Assembly (NCBI GenBank): GCA_963783375.1
Contig: CAWANH010000029.1
Span: 672,001 to 736,000 of the forward strand
Reading direction: 5' to 3'
Source: Candidatus Eiseniibacteriota bacterium
GTDB lineage: Bacteria > Eisenbacteria > RBG-16-71-46 > JABDJR01
Length of the DNA stretch: 64,000 bases
Position numbers and translations under genes: made by a program. The notes below the pieces were generated by a model that was not told the origin of the DNA, did no database searches, and worked only from the letters and a program-made list of their open reading frames with translations. Numbering within the stretch: the first letter of the stretch is position 1; every line of letters starts with the position of its first letter. Shown in pieces: positions 1-8,197 of this stretch.

Positions 1-868
1 TGAGGACCTCGGCGTTCTGGTCCGGCACCACCATGTACACCAGCTCGTCCAGATACGGAAGTCGGTGACCGGCGGGGTCGTACTCGAAGAAGTAGGGGTT
101 CGGCTTCAGGATCACTTTCTGCTGGGGGACCAGCTCGGCCAGCCGCCACGCACCCGAGGTCACCACCTCCGAAGGGGAGGAGTTCACCCCGTAGGCGGAC
201 TCGAAGTTCCCGGATTCGTAGGCTGATTCGAGCATGTGCCGGGGCATGACCGGCGCGCTCCCGATCACCGACAGGAACGGGCCGTAGGGCTCGGGAAGGG
301 TTATCCGCACGGTGAAGCTGTCCACCTTCTCGAAGTGGAAGGGCTTCCCCCCCACCATGCACAGCTCCTGGGCTGAAGGGTGGATCTTGGCGTCGTAGAG
401 GATGCGCGAGGTGAACATCACGTCGTCGGCGGTGATCGGCGCCCCGTCCGACCAGCGGGCCCCCGGGCGGAGATGGAAGGTCCACACCAGCCCGTCCTCG
501 CTCCGGTCCCAGGAGGAGGCCAGGGCGGGTTCGGTCTCCTGGGTCTTGTTGTTGAAGGAGACGATCCCTTCGAAGAGGAGGTTGGTGATGTCGGTGGTCG
601 AGGTCTCGTTGGCGACGATCGCGTTCCAGGTCTTGGGGTCGGAGCGCACGGTGGCCACGTAGCGCCCTCCGTAGACCCCCGAGGCGTTCTCCTTGACCAT
701 CGCCCCCGCCGGCCGGGGAAGGGTGTCCGGACGCGCGACGCCTGCGGCGGGGGAACCGGTCCCCCGCTCATGGGCTTTCTCCTCCCCTCTCCCGCACCCG
801 ACGGCCCCAAGGGCGGCCAGGCCGAGGAAGAGCGTCATGGCCAGGGTGAAGGGACGGGAAACGCGCAT
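1..868 (-). CDS. ABC transporter substrate-binding lipoprotein, family 5 (peptide/nickel type); runs off window start
   Basis: Read manually, not in the ORF track. GGAGG RBS, then ATG at 868: MRVSRPFTLAMTLFLGLAALGAVGC (lipobox). SBP-5 motifs SDPKTWNAIVANETST and EPALASSWDRSEDGLVWTFHLRPGARWSDGAPITADDV follow. Confidence 0.9.
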   Translation of the reverse strand, partial: MRVSRPFTLAMTLFLGLAALGAVGCGRGEEKAHERGTGSPAAGVARPDTLPRPAGAMVKENASGVYGGRYVATVRSDPKTWNAIVANETSTTDITNLLFEGIVSFNNKTQETEPALASSWDRSEDGLVWTFHLRPGARWSDGAPITADDVMFTSRILYDAKIHPSAQELCMVGGKPFHFEKVDSFTVRITLPEPYGPFLSVIGSAPVMPRHMLESAYESGNFESAYGVNSSPSEVVTSGAWRLAELVPQQKVILKPNPYFFEYDPAGHRLPYLDELVYMVVPDQNAEVL

Positions 869-936
869 GAAGGTGTCCTCCGGACGGGGGTCTCTGGCCC
901 TAAACACATGGAAAGAGGGGAGGTAGCCGGTGGTCG

Positions 937-966
937 AGTATAGAAAGCGGCTCAGGGGGCTGTCAA
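937..966 (-). promoter_or_regulatory. sigma-70 promoter for the SBP gene
   Basis: TTGACA-N18-TATACT on the minus strand, about 70 nt upstream of the ATG at 868. Confidence 0.7.
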
Positions 967-1053
967 CGCGACCCGACGATGCCTCGGGTCGCGGCGCCGG
1001 CCGCCGGGACCTCCGACGGCGCCCTGCCCTCCCGGGAACGGGCCCGGGCGCCA

Positions 1054-1769
1054 TCAATGGATGAGCCGGAAGCCGAGCCAGTCCGAGAACAGGAAGCGCA
1101 GGCGGTCCAGGGCCAGGGAGATGCGGGCCATGACCGTGAAACCGTAGGAGGCCCCGAAGGAGATCATCAGGTAGTAGATCCCGAGGCGAGCGGCGCCCCC
1201 CCCACCCCCCGGTGTTCGGCGGAGAAGAAGAAGTAGTACAGGGTGGTGACGAGACCCAGGATCAGCACGGTGTTGGAGAGCACGCCGAGGACCGCCATCA
1301 GGCCGGCGGTAAATCCGTGAGCGGCGGTGAGGGTACCCCAGGAGCCGGGCTGAACCAGGGGCATGAGGTTCGAGCGGATCTGCTCGATGAGGTCACCCTG
1401 GGCGAAACCGATGACCGCCAGGCCGGAGTAGGCTCCCACCATCACCCCGATCGCCCAGCGGGAGAGCCATGAGACCCGCGGCACGAAGCGGGCGAACATG
1501 AACACCCCCAGAACCAGGGCCCCGACCCGGACCAGCCCGGTGGGATCCGGGGTGCCGCCGAACAACCCCGACACCCCCCTCGAGACCGGCTGGAACAGGT
1601 TCGGAACCAGCACGTTGTCGTACTGGATGCTCAGGTAGTAGCCCGAAGCCACCCCCACGAAGAGGTACTCCGCGGTCTTGTAGATCGGGTTGTCCTTGTA
1701 CAGGTACGAGAGGATGGCCAGGGTACAGAGCGCGGCCACCCAGACCCACGGATCGCTGCTCACGTGCAC
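1054..1769 (-). CDS. Uncharacterised multi-pass membrane protein of the GlmL/DUF6754 module (~238 aa; frameshift at 1196-1203)
   Basis: Hydrophobic ORF 1167-1769. One extra G in the G8 tract extends it in frame with GAARLGIYYLMISFGASYGFTVMARISLALDRLRFLFSDWLG to a TGA at 1054. Confidence 0.8.
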
Positions 1770-1781
1770 GGGATCGAGCTC

Positions 1782-2657
1782 CTACTCCGCTTCCGGGCGG
1801 CGGCGGCGGTTCAGGTAATAGACCACGTTACCCAGAATGATCAGGACGATGATGGTGACGTGGCCGAGACTCTGGGCGGACATGCCGGTGGTGGCCCAGG
1901 CCGGCCGGCCGATGAGCTGCTCGTACTCCGCGGCCCCGGCCAGCCCCCCCAGGAGTCCAGATAGCTGCCCCGACTGGACGTACGGGTAGTACTCGGGAGC
2001 GCTCACCGCGGTGACTCCGGCCACGATCGGAATGTCGTAGCGGCTTCGCACCTGCTGCACCCATTCCTTGGTCCCCGGGTAGCCGGCGGAGATGTTCACG
2101 ATCAGCTTCACGTCCCGAAAGTTGTCGACGGTCCAGCTGCCGCCGGGCTTCTTGGCGCTCAGAAGGGGCAGACGATCCACCGGGGTGCCGTAGTAGTCGT
2201 TCGGATAGACCCCTCGGAAGGATTTCCCGAGCTGGACCATCACGTTCTCCTTGCCCTCCTTGAACCCCAGGTTCACGAAGTCGGTGCCGTAGATCCGGTG
2301 GTAGGTCCCCTCCCCCACGGTCTTCAGGCCCCGCTCCAGGAGCGGCGCCCCCGCCGGCCACAGGGTGGCCCCCACGATCTTCACGTTCTTCCGGAACAGC
2401 TGGTCCAGGGAAGCCACCAGCATCGGGTCGAGCTCGGGCTTGGACCCCGGATCGTAGTCCGCGGCGAAATAGACCACGTCGCCGGGCTTCAGGTTCTCGA
2501 TGGCCTGGTAGTAGCCCCGAACCGGCTCGCTCACCCGGATGGGGAGGTTCATCTTGACGAAGAGGGGGACGGAGATGGAGATCAGCATGAGCAGGAACAC
2601 CCAGCGGCGATCCAGCTTCTCGACCTTCTCCAGGAAGGTGCGCTCGGCGGCGGCCAC
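1782..2657 (-). CDS. Uncharacterised membrane-anchored protein (N- and C-terminal TM helices around a soluble alpha/beta domain)
   Basis: 291 aa with GC-rich codon usage. TM helices RRWVFLLMLISISVPLF and HVTIIVLIILGNVVYY. Gaps of 3 and 12 nt to its neighbours. Confidence 0.85.
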   Translation of the reverse strand: MAAAERTFLEKVEKLDRRWVFLLMLISISVPLFVKMNLPIRVSEPVRGYYQAIENLKPGDVVYFAADYDPGSKPELDPMLVASLDQLFRKNVKIVGATLWPAGAPLLERGLKTVGEGTYHRIYGTDFVNLGFKEGKENVMVQLGKSFRGVYPNDYYGTPVDRLPLLSAKKPGGSWTVDNFRDVKLIVNISAGYPGTKEWVQQVRSRYDIPIVAGVTAVSAPEYYPYVQSGQLSGLLGGLAGAAEYEQLIGRPAWATTGMSAQSLGHVTIIVLIILGNVVYYLNRRRRPEAE

Positions 2658-2660
2658 CGG

Positions 2661-3341
2661 CTAGTCGCTCCCCAGGAAGTTGCGCTCGATGCCCAGAATC
2701 ACCTTGAGACCGGTGGCGATCGCCCCCAGCGCCGCTCCGATCAGGATCGCCCGCTTGGCCGCGAGCTGAGGGACATTCATGATCCAGTCGGTGATCTGGG
2801 GGAGGCCGGTCCAGATCTTCTCCCCCAGGGGCACCCGCCCGATCATCACGATCACCGCGGCCAGGGCGAGGAGGGTGGCGTCCACCGTCCGCACGCGGAA
2901 GGCCCGGAAAGCGGCCGAGGCGATGTAGAAGGCCAGGAGCGCGAACATGGTGGCCTGGAGCGGGACGTACATCCGGTTGTAGACCCGGTCGAAGAGGGTG
3001 CCGTCGGTGACCCCGGTGAGGCGGAGGCTCCCGATCATCCACTCCCCCTTGGCCCCCACCGCCCACTTCAGGATGGGAAGCCCGGTGCCCAGGAGCATCA
3101 TCGCGGTCAGTCCGAACAGGAGCACCACCGCGTAGGGCCACTCCCGGTCCCGCCGGCTCACCTTGAGCAGGTTGATGCGGGCCACGTTGGCCACCCCCAG
3201 CACCGCGGCGAACGCGGTCATGATGATGGCCCAGTTCTGGATCTCCGTTCCCACCGGCTCGGTCAGCGGCACGAAGAAGTCGGCCACCATGAACCAACCC
3301 ACGATCATGGTGAGGAAGAGCGGCACTTCACGACGCAACAT
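2661..3341 (-). CDS. Uncharacterised multi-pass membrane protein
   Basis: 226 aa with about 6 hydrophobic segments and 3-nt gaps to both neighbours. Confidence 0.85.
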   Translation of the reverse strand: MLRREVPLFLTMIVGWFMVADFFVPLTEPVGTEIQNWAIIMTAFAAVLGVANVARINLLKVSRRDREWPYAVVLLFGLTAMMLLGTGLPILKWAVGAKGEWMIGSLRLTGVTDGTLFDRVYNRMYVPLQATMFALLAFYIASAAFRAFRVRTVDATLLALAAVIVMIGRVPLGEKIWTGLPQITDWIMNVPQLAAKRAILIGAALGAIATGLKVILGIERNFLGSD

Positions 3342-3344
3342 GGA

Positions 3345-4418
3345 TTAGTCCAGCCTGAGGAAGTTGGTGAGGGCGTGGATCCCGAAGGTTTCGAGGAGGG
3401 TCCCCAGAACCAGGTAAGCCAGGATCACCACCTTCATGTAGTCGGTTCCCTTGAGCGTTCCCACCAGCTTGGGCTCCCGGGCCAGGTAGGCCGTCGCCGC
3501 GTAGAACTCCTCACCGATCAGGGTGTAGTCACACGCCACCACGAAGAACGGGAGCTGGTGGATGTTGGCGGTGCCGGCGATCTGGATGGCCCCGGTCTGG
3601 AAGCCGGTCTCGGCCAGGATCAGGCTCTCCGCGAAGAAGGAGCCCAGGAAGAGGTTGGCCGCCGGCTTTTCCCGGAGCATGATCCCGTCCACCCCGGCGG
3701 TGAAGGCGAACTGCTCTTCGGAGAGATAGCGGATGTTGTTGGGATTGTAGGCGTCGGGGACCCCGGCGTCGATGTACGCCTGCTTCACGGTTTCTTCGGC
3801 CAGGGGGACCACGAAGGCGCGGGCCAGAGGCACGATCAGCGGGGTCTCGTACTTGGCCACGGTCCGGGCCACGTTCCCCAGGATGATCATCGAGTAGATG
3901 GTCTGGATGTTGTTGACGTCGTCGATCCCGGGAACGTAGAGGACCGGCTTCCCCATCTCGGTGGCGCGCCCCACCGCCTCCTCCACCGCGTCCAGGCCGG
4001 CGATCTTCCGGATGAAGAACTGCTTCCCCCCCTCCGCCCGGAAAATGGCCCACAGGAAGAGCGCGCCGAACAGGGCGAGCCCGACGAAGACGGGGAAGAA
4101 CGTGAAGTCGAAGAGCTTCTGGCCGAAGGTCTTCGGTCCGGGCTCCGAGGCCTCGGCGCCTTCACCCCCCGGAACGGAGAGCGGAGGGGGCGCGGTTCCG
4201 AGGACGAGGGTGTCGGTCGCGCCTCCCGCGGCGGGCCCGGCGCCGGCCGAAGCCCCCGCGCTGTCCCCCGGAGCGGGTTCCGCCCGGACCCCGGCGGCCA
4301 TGACCAGAAGCGCCAGCCCCAGGACCGTGGTCCGGAGGACATTGGACAACCTGGATGTGGCGCGGCCTCCCGCCGGCGCCGGGCGCAGGCGGAGGTTGGG
4401 TACCGGAGCGGTCCACAT
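3345..4418 (-). CDS. DUF6754 domain membrane protein
   Basis: Signal-like N-terminus and low-complexity linker. Motifs FIRKIAGLDAVEEAVGRATEMGKP, FFAESLILAETG and ACDYTLIGEEFYAATAYL are those I recognise from DUF6754 proteins. Start codon uncertain. Confidence 0.8.
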   Translation of the reverse strand: MWTAPVPNLRLRPAPAGGRATSRLSNVLRTTVLGLALLVMAAGVRAEPAPGDSAGASAGAGPAAGGATDTLVLGTAPPPLSVPGGEGAEASEPGPKTFGQKLFDFTFFPVFVGLALFGALFLWAIFRAEGGKQFFIRKIAGLDAVEEAVGRATEMGKPVLYVPGIDDVNNIQTIYSMIILGNVARTVAKYETPLIVPLARAFVVPLAEETVKQAYIDAGVPDAYNPNNIRYLSEEQFAFTAGVDGIMLREKPAANLFLGSFFAESLILAETGFQTGAIQIAGTANIHQLPFFVVACDYTLIGEEFYAATAYLAREPKLVGTLKGTDYMKVVILAYLVLGTLLETFGIHALTNFLRLD

Positions 4419-4460
4419 GGGGATAGACGGTTCCTTGTAAGTGTCGGAAAAGATTTCAGA

Positions 4461-4489
4461 ACGCTACCAGAGGCCCCCACCGCGGTCAA
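4461..4489 (-). promoter_or_regulatory. Internal sigma-70 promoter upstream of the four membrane genes
   Basis: TTGACC-N17-TAGCGT on the minus strand, in an AT-richer gap upstream of ATG 4418. Confidence 0.55.
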
Positions 4490-4535
4490 TGAAGAAACCG
4501 GACAACGAAGGTCGGATTAAACAATCGGCAGGTTG

Positions 4536-5810
4536 TCAGACCGCCGGCTCGCGGCGGGTGCGCCAGCGGGAGACCGTCCCCCGCCGGGGCGGGACGGCCA
4601 GGCCCATGGGGGTGGCGATCACCGTCACCACCGCCATCAGCAGCCAGTAGACGATGGGGTAGAACACCGCCACGTAGAAGTAGTGGGAGAGGGTGCGGTC
4701 GTAACGCCGCTCCAGGAGCACCCCGGCCAGGAGCTGAAGCAGGCAGGTGGTGCCGATCAGCATTCCCCACCAGGTGGGAATCGGGGAGACCCCCAGAACG
4801 GGAAGCCCGGCCGCGCGGAAGAGGATCCAGAGCGCGATGAGCCCCACCATGACGTAGGCCCAGGTGATGGACAGGACGGCCTCGATCAGGACCGGCCAGT
4901 GCCGCCGGTGGCGGCGATCGAACAGGAGATCGCGGTTCCGATGAAGCACCTGGGCCAGGCCCTTGGCCCAGCGGATGCGCTGGCGGAAGAGGCCCCCCAG
5001 CCCGGACGGCACCTGCATCCAGACCAGGGCCCGCGGCTCGTAGCGCACGTCGTAGTGGGCGCGCTGGAGCTTCCAGGTCATGTCGATATCCTCGGTGACC
5101 ATCTCGGGGCTCATGAGCCCCACGTCGATCAGGGCGGACCGGCGAAACGCCCCCACCACCCCGCTCATGGTGAGGATCCGTCCCCAGACCCGCTGGGACC
5201 GGCGAAGGAGGCTCACGATCGATGCGAACTCGATGAGCTGGAGCTTGGCCAGGAAGCTGTGCCGGTTGGCCACCCGGGGGTTTCCGGTCACCGCCGCCAC
5301 CCTCGGGGAGCGGAAGTGGGGCACGATCCAGCGCAGCATCATGGGGTCGGGATAGGCGTCGGCGTCCATGATCATCACGATCTCGCCGTTCACCAGGGGA
5401 AGGGCGTCGTTCAGGGCCATGGCCTTCCCCTCGTTGACGCGCTTTCGCACCAGGCGCACCTGCCCCCGCTCCACGTAGGGGGCCAACGCGGCCACCGTCC
5501 CGTCCGGCGAGGCGTCGTCCACCACCACGATTTCCTTGAACGGGTAGTCCAGGGCCAGGATCCCCTCCACGGTGCGGGCGATCACCCGCTCCTCGCCGTA
5601 GGCGGGCACCAGCACCGTCACCAGGGGATAGATCTCGATGTCGTAGAACCTGGGAAGGAGATGGCGTTCCCACCGCCAGTAGTAGAGGAGGGAGGTGGAA
5701 ACCCACACCAGGCTGGAGAGCACCGGATAGAACGCGAAGAAGGTCAGGGCCGCCAGGTACGGCCAGGATCCCTGTACGGCGGCGGCGGCCTCGGCCGGGC
5801 TCACGTTCAA
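4536..5810 (-). CDS. pgaC: Poly-beta-1,6-N-acetylglucosamine synthase-like processive GT2 (PgaC/IcaA family)
   Basis: Motifs DDAS.DGT, NEGKAMALN, MDAD, AVTGNPRVANR, TEDIDMTW and QRIRW. N- and C-terminal TM helices. Confidence 0.85.
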   Translation of the reverse strand: MNVSPAEAAAAVQGSWPYLAALTFFAFYPVLSSLVWVSTSLLYYWRWERHLLPRFYDIEIYPLVTVLVPAYGEERVIARTVEGILALDYPFKEIVVVDDASPDGTVAALAPYVERGQVRLVRKRVNEGKAMALNDALPLVNGEIVMIMDADAYPDPMMLRWIVPHFRSPRVAAVTGNPRVANRHSFLAKLQLIEFASIVSLLRRSQRVWGRILTMSGVVGAFRRSALIDVGLMSPEMVTEDIDMTWKLQRAHYDVRYEPRALVWMQVPSGLGGLFRQRIRWAKGLAQVLHRNRDLLFDRRHRRHWPVLIEAVLSITWAYVMVGLIALWILFRAAGLPVLGVSPIPTWWGMLIGTTCLLQLLAGVLLERRYDRTLSHYFYVAVFYPIVYWLLMAVVTVIATPMGLAVPPRRGTVSRWRTRREPAV

Positions 5811-6232
5811 AACGCCCGGTAGATCTTCCGCCCCGAGGCGGGATCGAGGTCGATCTCCACTTCCGGGGCGTTCTGAAGGGCTTCCCAGTCGGGGCCGGCC
5901 ACCGGACGGCCGAGGGCGTCCCGGCTCCAGTCCGCCTCCGCCTCCGGCACCGATCTCCTCCGAAACGCGTACCGCCGGGAGAGAACCAGGTTGTGCCGGA
6001 TCCAGGCCGCAGTGAGGCTCACCGACACCAGAAGCAGGACGACGACCACCAGAACCCCGGCCGCGCTCTCGGCCGGCGGGGTGCGGCAGAACACCTCGTA
6101 CCAGAAGACCCCGAACGCCACCCAGGCGGCCAGAGCCCCCAGAAGGTGCATGGCCGCGCCCAACCTCCCCGTGTGGGTCAGGGGGGGGCGATAGCGCGGG
6201 TCATGTCCGCTGGTGGGGCTCACCGAGGCCAC
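5807..6232 (-). CDS. Small two-TM protein, PgaD-like
   Basis: Two TM helices followed by WIRHN...RRYAFRRR, resembling the PgaD W..YN..RF...RR pattern. Overlaps the pgaC start by 4 nt. Confidence 0.6.
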   Translation of the reverse strand: MASVSPTSGHDPRYRPPLTHTGRLGAAMHLLGALAAWVAFGVFWYEVFCRTPPAESAAGVLVVVVLLLVSVSLTAAWIRHNLVLSRRYAFRRRSVPEAEADWSRDALGRPVAGPDWEALQNAPEVEIDLDPASGRKIYRAF

Positions 6233-6315
6233 GTCTCCCGGGTTGGATCCTCCGAGGGCGAAGCTCGCCCTCTTCGGGGTTTATCGGCCGGCGGCGACCC
6301 GGGTTGAAGGAAGGG

Positions 6316-7050
6316 TCAGATGTCGAAGGAGGAGAGGCGCTCGTCGTGGCTCGGCTTTCCCCAGTACTCCTCTTCGGGGGTGCCGATGGACGGCACGGCC
6401 AGGAGCACCGCGGCGAGGTACAGGTAGAGGGCGGCCACCAGGGCCAGGGCCACCCAGGGGGGGACGGGGCCGATCCGCATGCTCCGGTAGAACGAGTAGT
6501 CCCCCTCGATCACCCCGGGATGCATGAGAAGCTTCGACACCCAGCTCCCCAGGAGGAGCAGGAAGAGCGCCCCGTAGTTGCGTTTCAATCTCGCGCGCAC
6601 CGCCTGCTGATAGGTGATCTTGAATCGGGGCCGCAGGAGATCTTCGGCCACCAGTTTCCCCCAGTTGGCGACCGGGCTCCGAAGATCGCGGCGGAAGATC
6701 GGCCCGAAGAAGTTCTCTTCCAGCATGTGCACCCGCGCGCGCCAGACGTCGAAGAACCGGAAGCGCCGGGCTTCGATCCCCAGGAACGTGAACACCAGGA
6801 GCATGCCGGCCAGGATCCCCACGTGGGAGTGGGAGGGCTCGCCGAGGCTGAAGGTGACGAGGCCCATCACCGAGAGGATGGCCCAGTTGGTGGTGTTGTC
6901 CAGCCGCAGGCGCCACTGGGTGGCCCGGTCCAGCTCCCCCCGGTAGAAGTGCACCAGGGCCGAGATGTACTCCGACCGGCTGAGCGGGGTCTCCTCGTAG
7001 CTGGGAATGGGGATCCGGGTCTTCTCGCCTGGGTACTCCCGCTCGGTCAT
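6316..7050 (-). CDS. DUF2270 domain membrane protein
   Basis: Signature segments ALVHFYRGELDRATQWRLRLDNTTNWA and IEARRFRFFDVWRARVHMLEENF. Confidence 0.85.
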   Translation of the reverse strand: MTEREYPGEKTRIPIPSYEETPLSRSEYISALVHFYRGELDRATQWRLRLDNTTNWAILSVMGLVTFSLGEPSHSHVGILAGMLLVFTFLGIEARRFRFFDVWRARVHMLEENFFGPIFRRDLRSPVANWGKLVAEDLLRPRFKITYQQAVRARLKRNYGALFLLLLGSWVSKLLMHPGVIEGDYSFYRSMRIGPVPPWVALALVAALYLYLAAVLLAVPSIGTPEEEYWGKPSHDERLSSFDI

Positions 7051-7053
7051 CGC

Positions 7054-8175
7054 TCAGCCCTCGATCATTTCCACGTTCGCGCGGGGCACGATGACGTCGT
7101 CCCCGTCGGCAAGCTTCACCCGGAGCACCCGCACCTTGGCCTCGGTTTCCAGCGCGACCAGCTCGGAGGGGAGCGCGGTCACCTGCCCCAAACGTCCGAA
7201 GTAGGGCTCGCGGATCACGCGAATGACCATGCCCACGTCGAGACCGCCCTGGAAGGTGTCCGGCGCCTCGTCCCTCCCCCGGCTCTCCTCCAGAGGGACG
7301 ATGATCTCCGGGCGAAGCACGCCGGCCCGGATCTGGGTGGCCCCGTTCACCGAGGCCTTCTTGCCGTTGAGACGGGTGAGGAGTTCGAAGGTCTTGTCGG
7401 CCATGGTGAGGGCACCGAATCCCTCGGTGACGATCACGGTGAGACCCAGATCCTCGCTCCCGGTGATGGCCACCCCGAGGTCGTACCCCAGGAGCTTTCT
7501 CAGGTCCTCGTCGGCCATCCCCCCGGCCACGATCGCCGCCGCGCCCTGCTTGCGGGCCTCCTGGATGAGAAGGTAACTGGCCTGGGTTCCCACCACCACC
7601 ACCTTCCCCTTGGAGTCCTTCAGGGCCTCGAGGCCGGCCTGCCGGTCGGGAGCGTCCACCGCGAGGTGCAGGATGCCCACCCCCTCTCCCCCGATCCCGA
7701 AGATGCCCTGGATCAGGGCGCCGCGGGTCTCGACCACCACCCCCTCCTCGGGCATGACCTCCTTCACCGTGCCGTCCACATAGGCCGCCATCTCCACCGG
7801 GAGAGCGGGTTCGCGAAGGGTGACCTGGCCGGTGACCTCCGAGACGTTTTCCAGGGTGCCGGAGGTGTTGGCCCGGGCGGTGGACTTGAGGAGGCCGAAC
7901 AGGGACTTGGCCCGGGCGATCGGCTCCCCCTCCTTCACCGACTCCCCCGACTGCTTGAGCATGCAGCCGGCGATGTCCGCGGGGGGAACGCCGAGGATGT
8001 TGGCCACGTTGACCGTCTTCACGTTTCCCGGGAGAGCGGTTCGGGCCACCACGTCCTCGGCCCGGACCGAGTCCCCCTGCTTCACCGCCACCTCCCCCTT
8101 CAGGGGAAGGCGGCGGACCTTGTCGATCACGGTGTGGCCGGTGACCCGGAGCCCCGGCGTGTATGCGTGTGCCAC
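7054..8175 (-). CDS. Conserved hypothetical protein with barrel-sandwich hybrid (lipoyl/biotinyl-like) repeats and a C-terminal KOW/SH3-like domain
   Basis: GTG at 8175 after GAGGAAAGGAAG (MAHAYTPGLRV). Half-motifs VAVKQGDSVRAEDVVA and KQSGESVKEGEPIA. C-terminal LDVGMVIRVIREPYFGRLGQV. Confidence 0.8.
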   Translation of the reverse strand: MAHAYTPGLRVTGHTVIDKVRRLPLKGEVAVKQGDSVRAEDVVARTALPGNVKTVNVANILGVPPADIAGCMLKQSGESVKEGEPIARAKSLFGLLKSTARANTSGTLENVSEVTGQVTLREPALPVEMAAYVDGTVKEVMPEEGVVVETRGALIQGIFGIGGEGVGILHLAVDAPDRQAGLEALKDSKGKVVVVGTQASYLLIQEARKQGAAAIVAGGMADEDLRKLLGYDLGVAITGSEDLGLTVIVTEGFGALTMADKTFELLTRLNGKKASVNGATQIRAGVLRPEIIVPLEESRGRDEAPDTFQGGLDVGMVIRVIREPYFGRLGQVTALPSELVALETEAKVRVLRVKLADGDDVIVPRANVEMIEG

Positions 8176-8197
8176 GTGCGCTTCCTTTCCTCGGTTC

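Noticed and set aside
885-936. Resemblance to the second hairpin of a c-di-GMP-I riboswitch (CTAAAC...GGTAGCCGG)
   Set aside because: The GGCAAAC/GAAA/GACGCAAA first hairpin is absent, and it lies on the wrong strand for the adjacent gene.
6254-6272. Hairpin GAGGGCGA-agc-TCGCCCTC between DUF2270 and the pgaD-like gene
   Set aside because: It has no U-tract on the coding strand and I noticed no second copy, so it is not supportable as a terminator or REP element.
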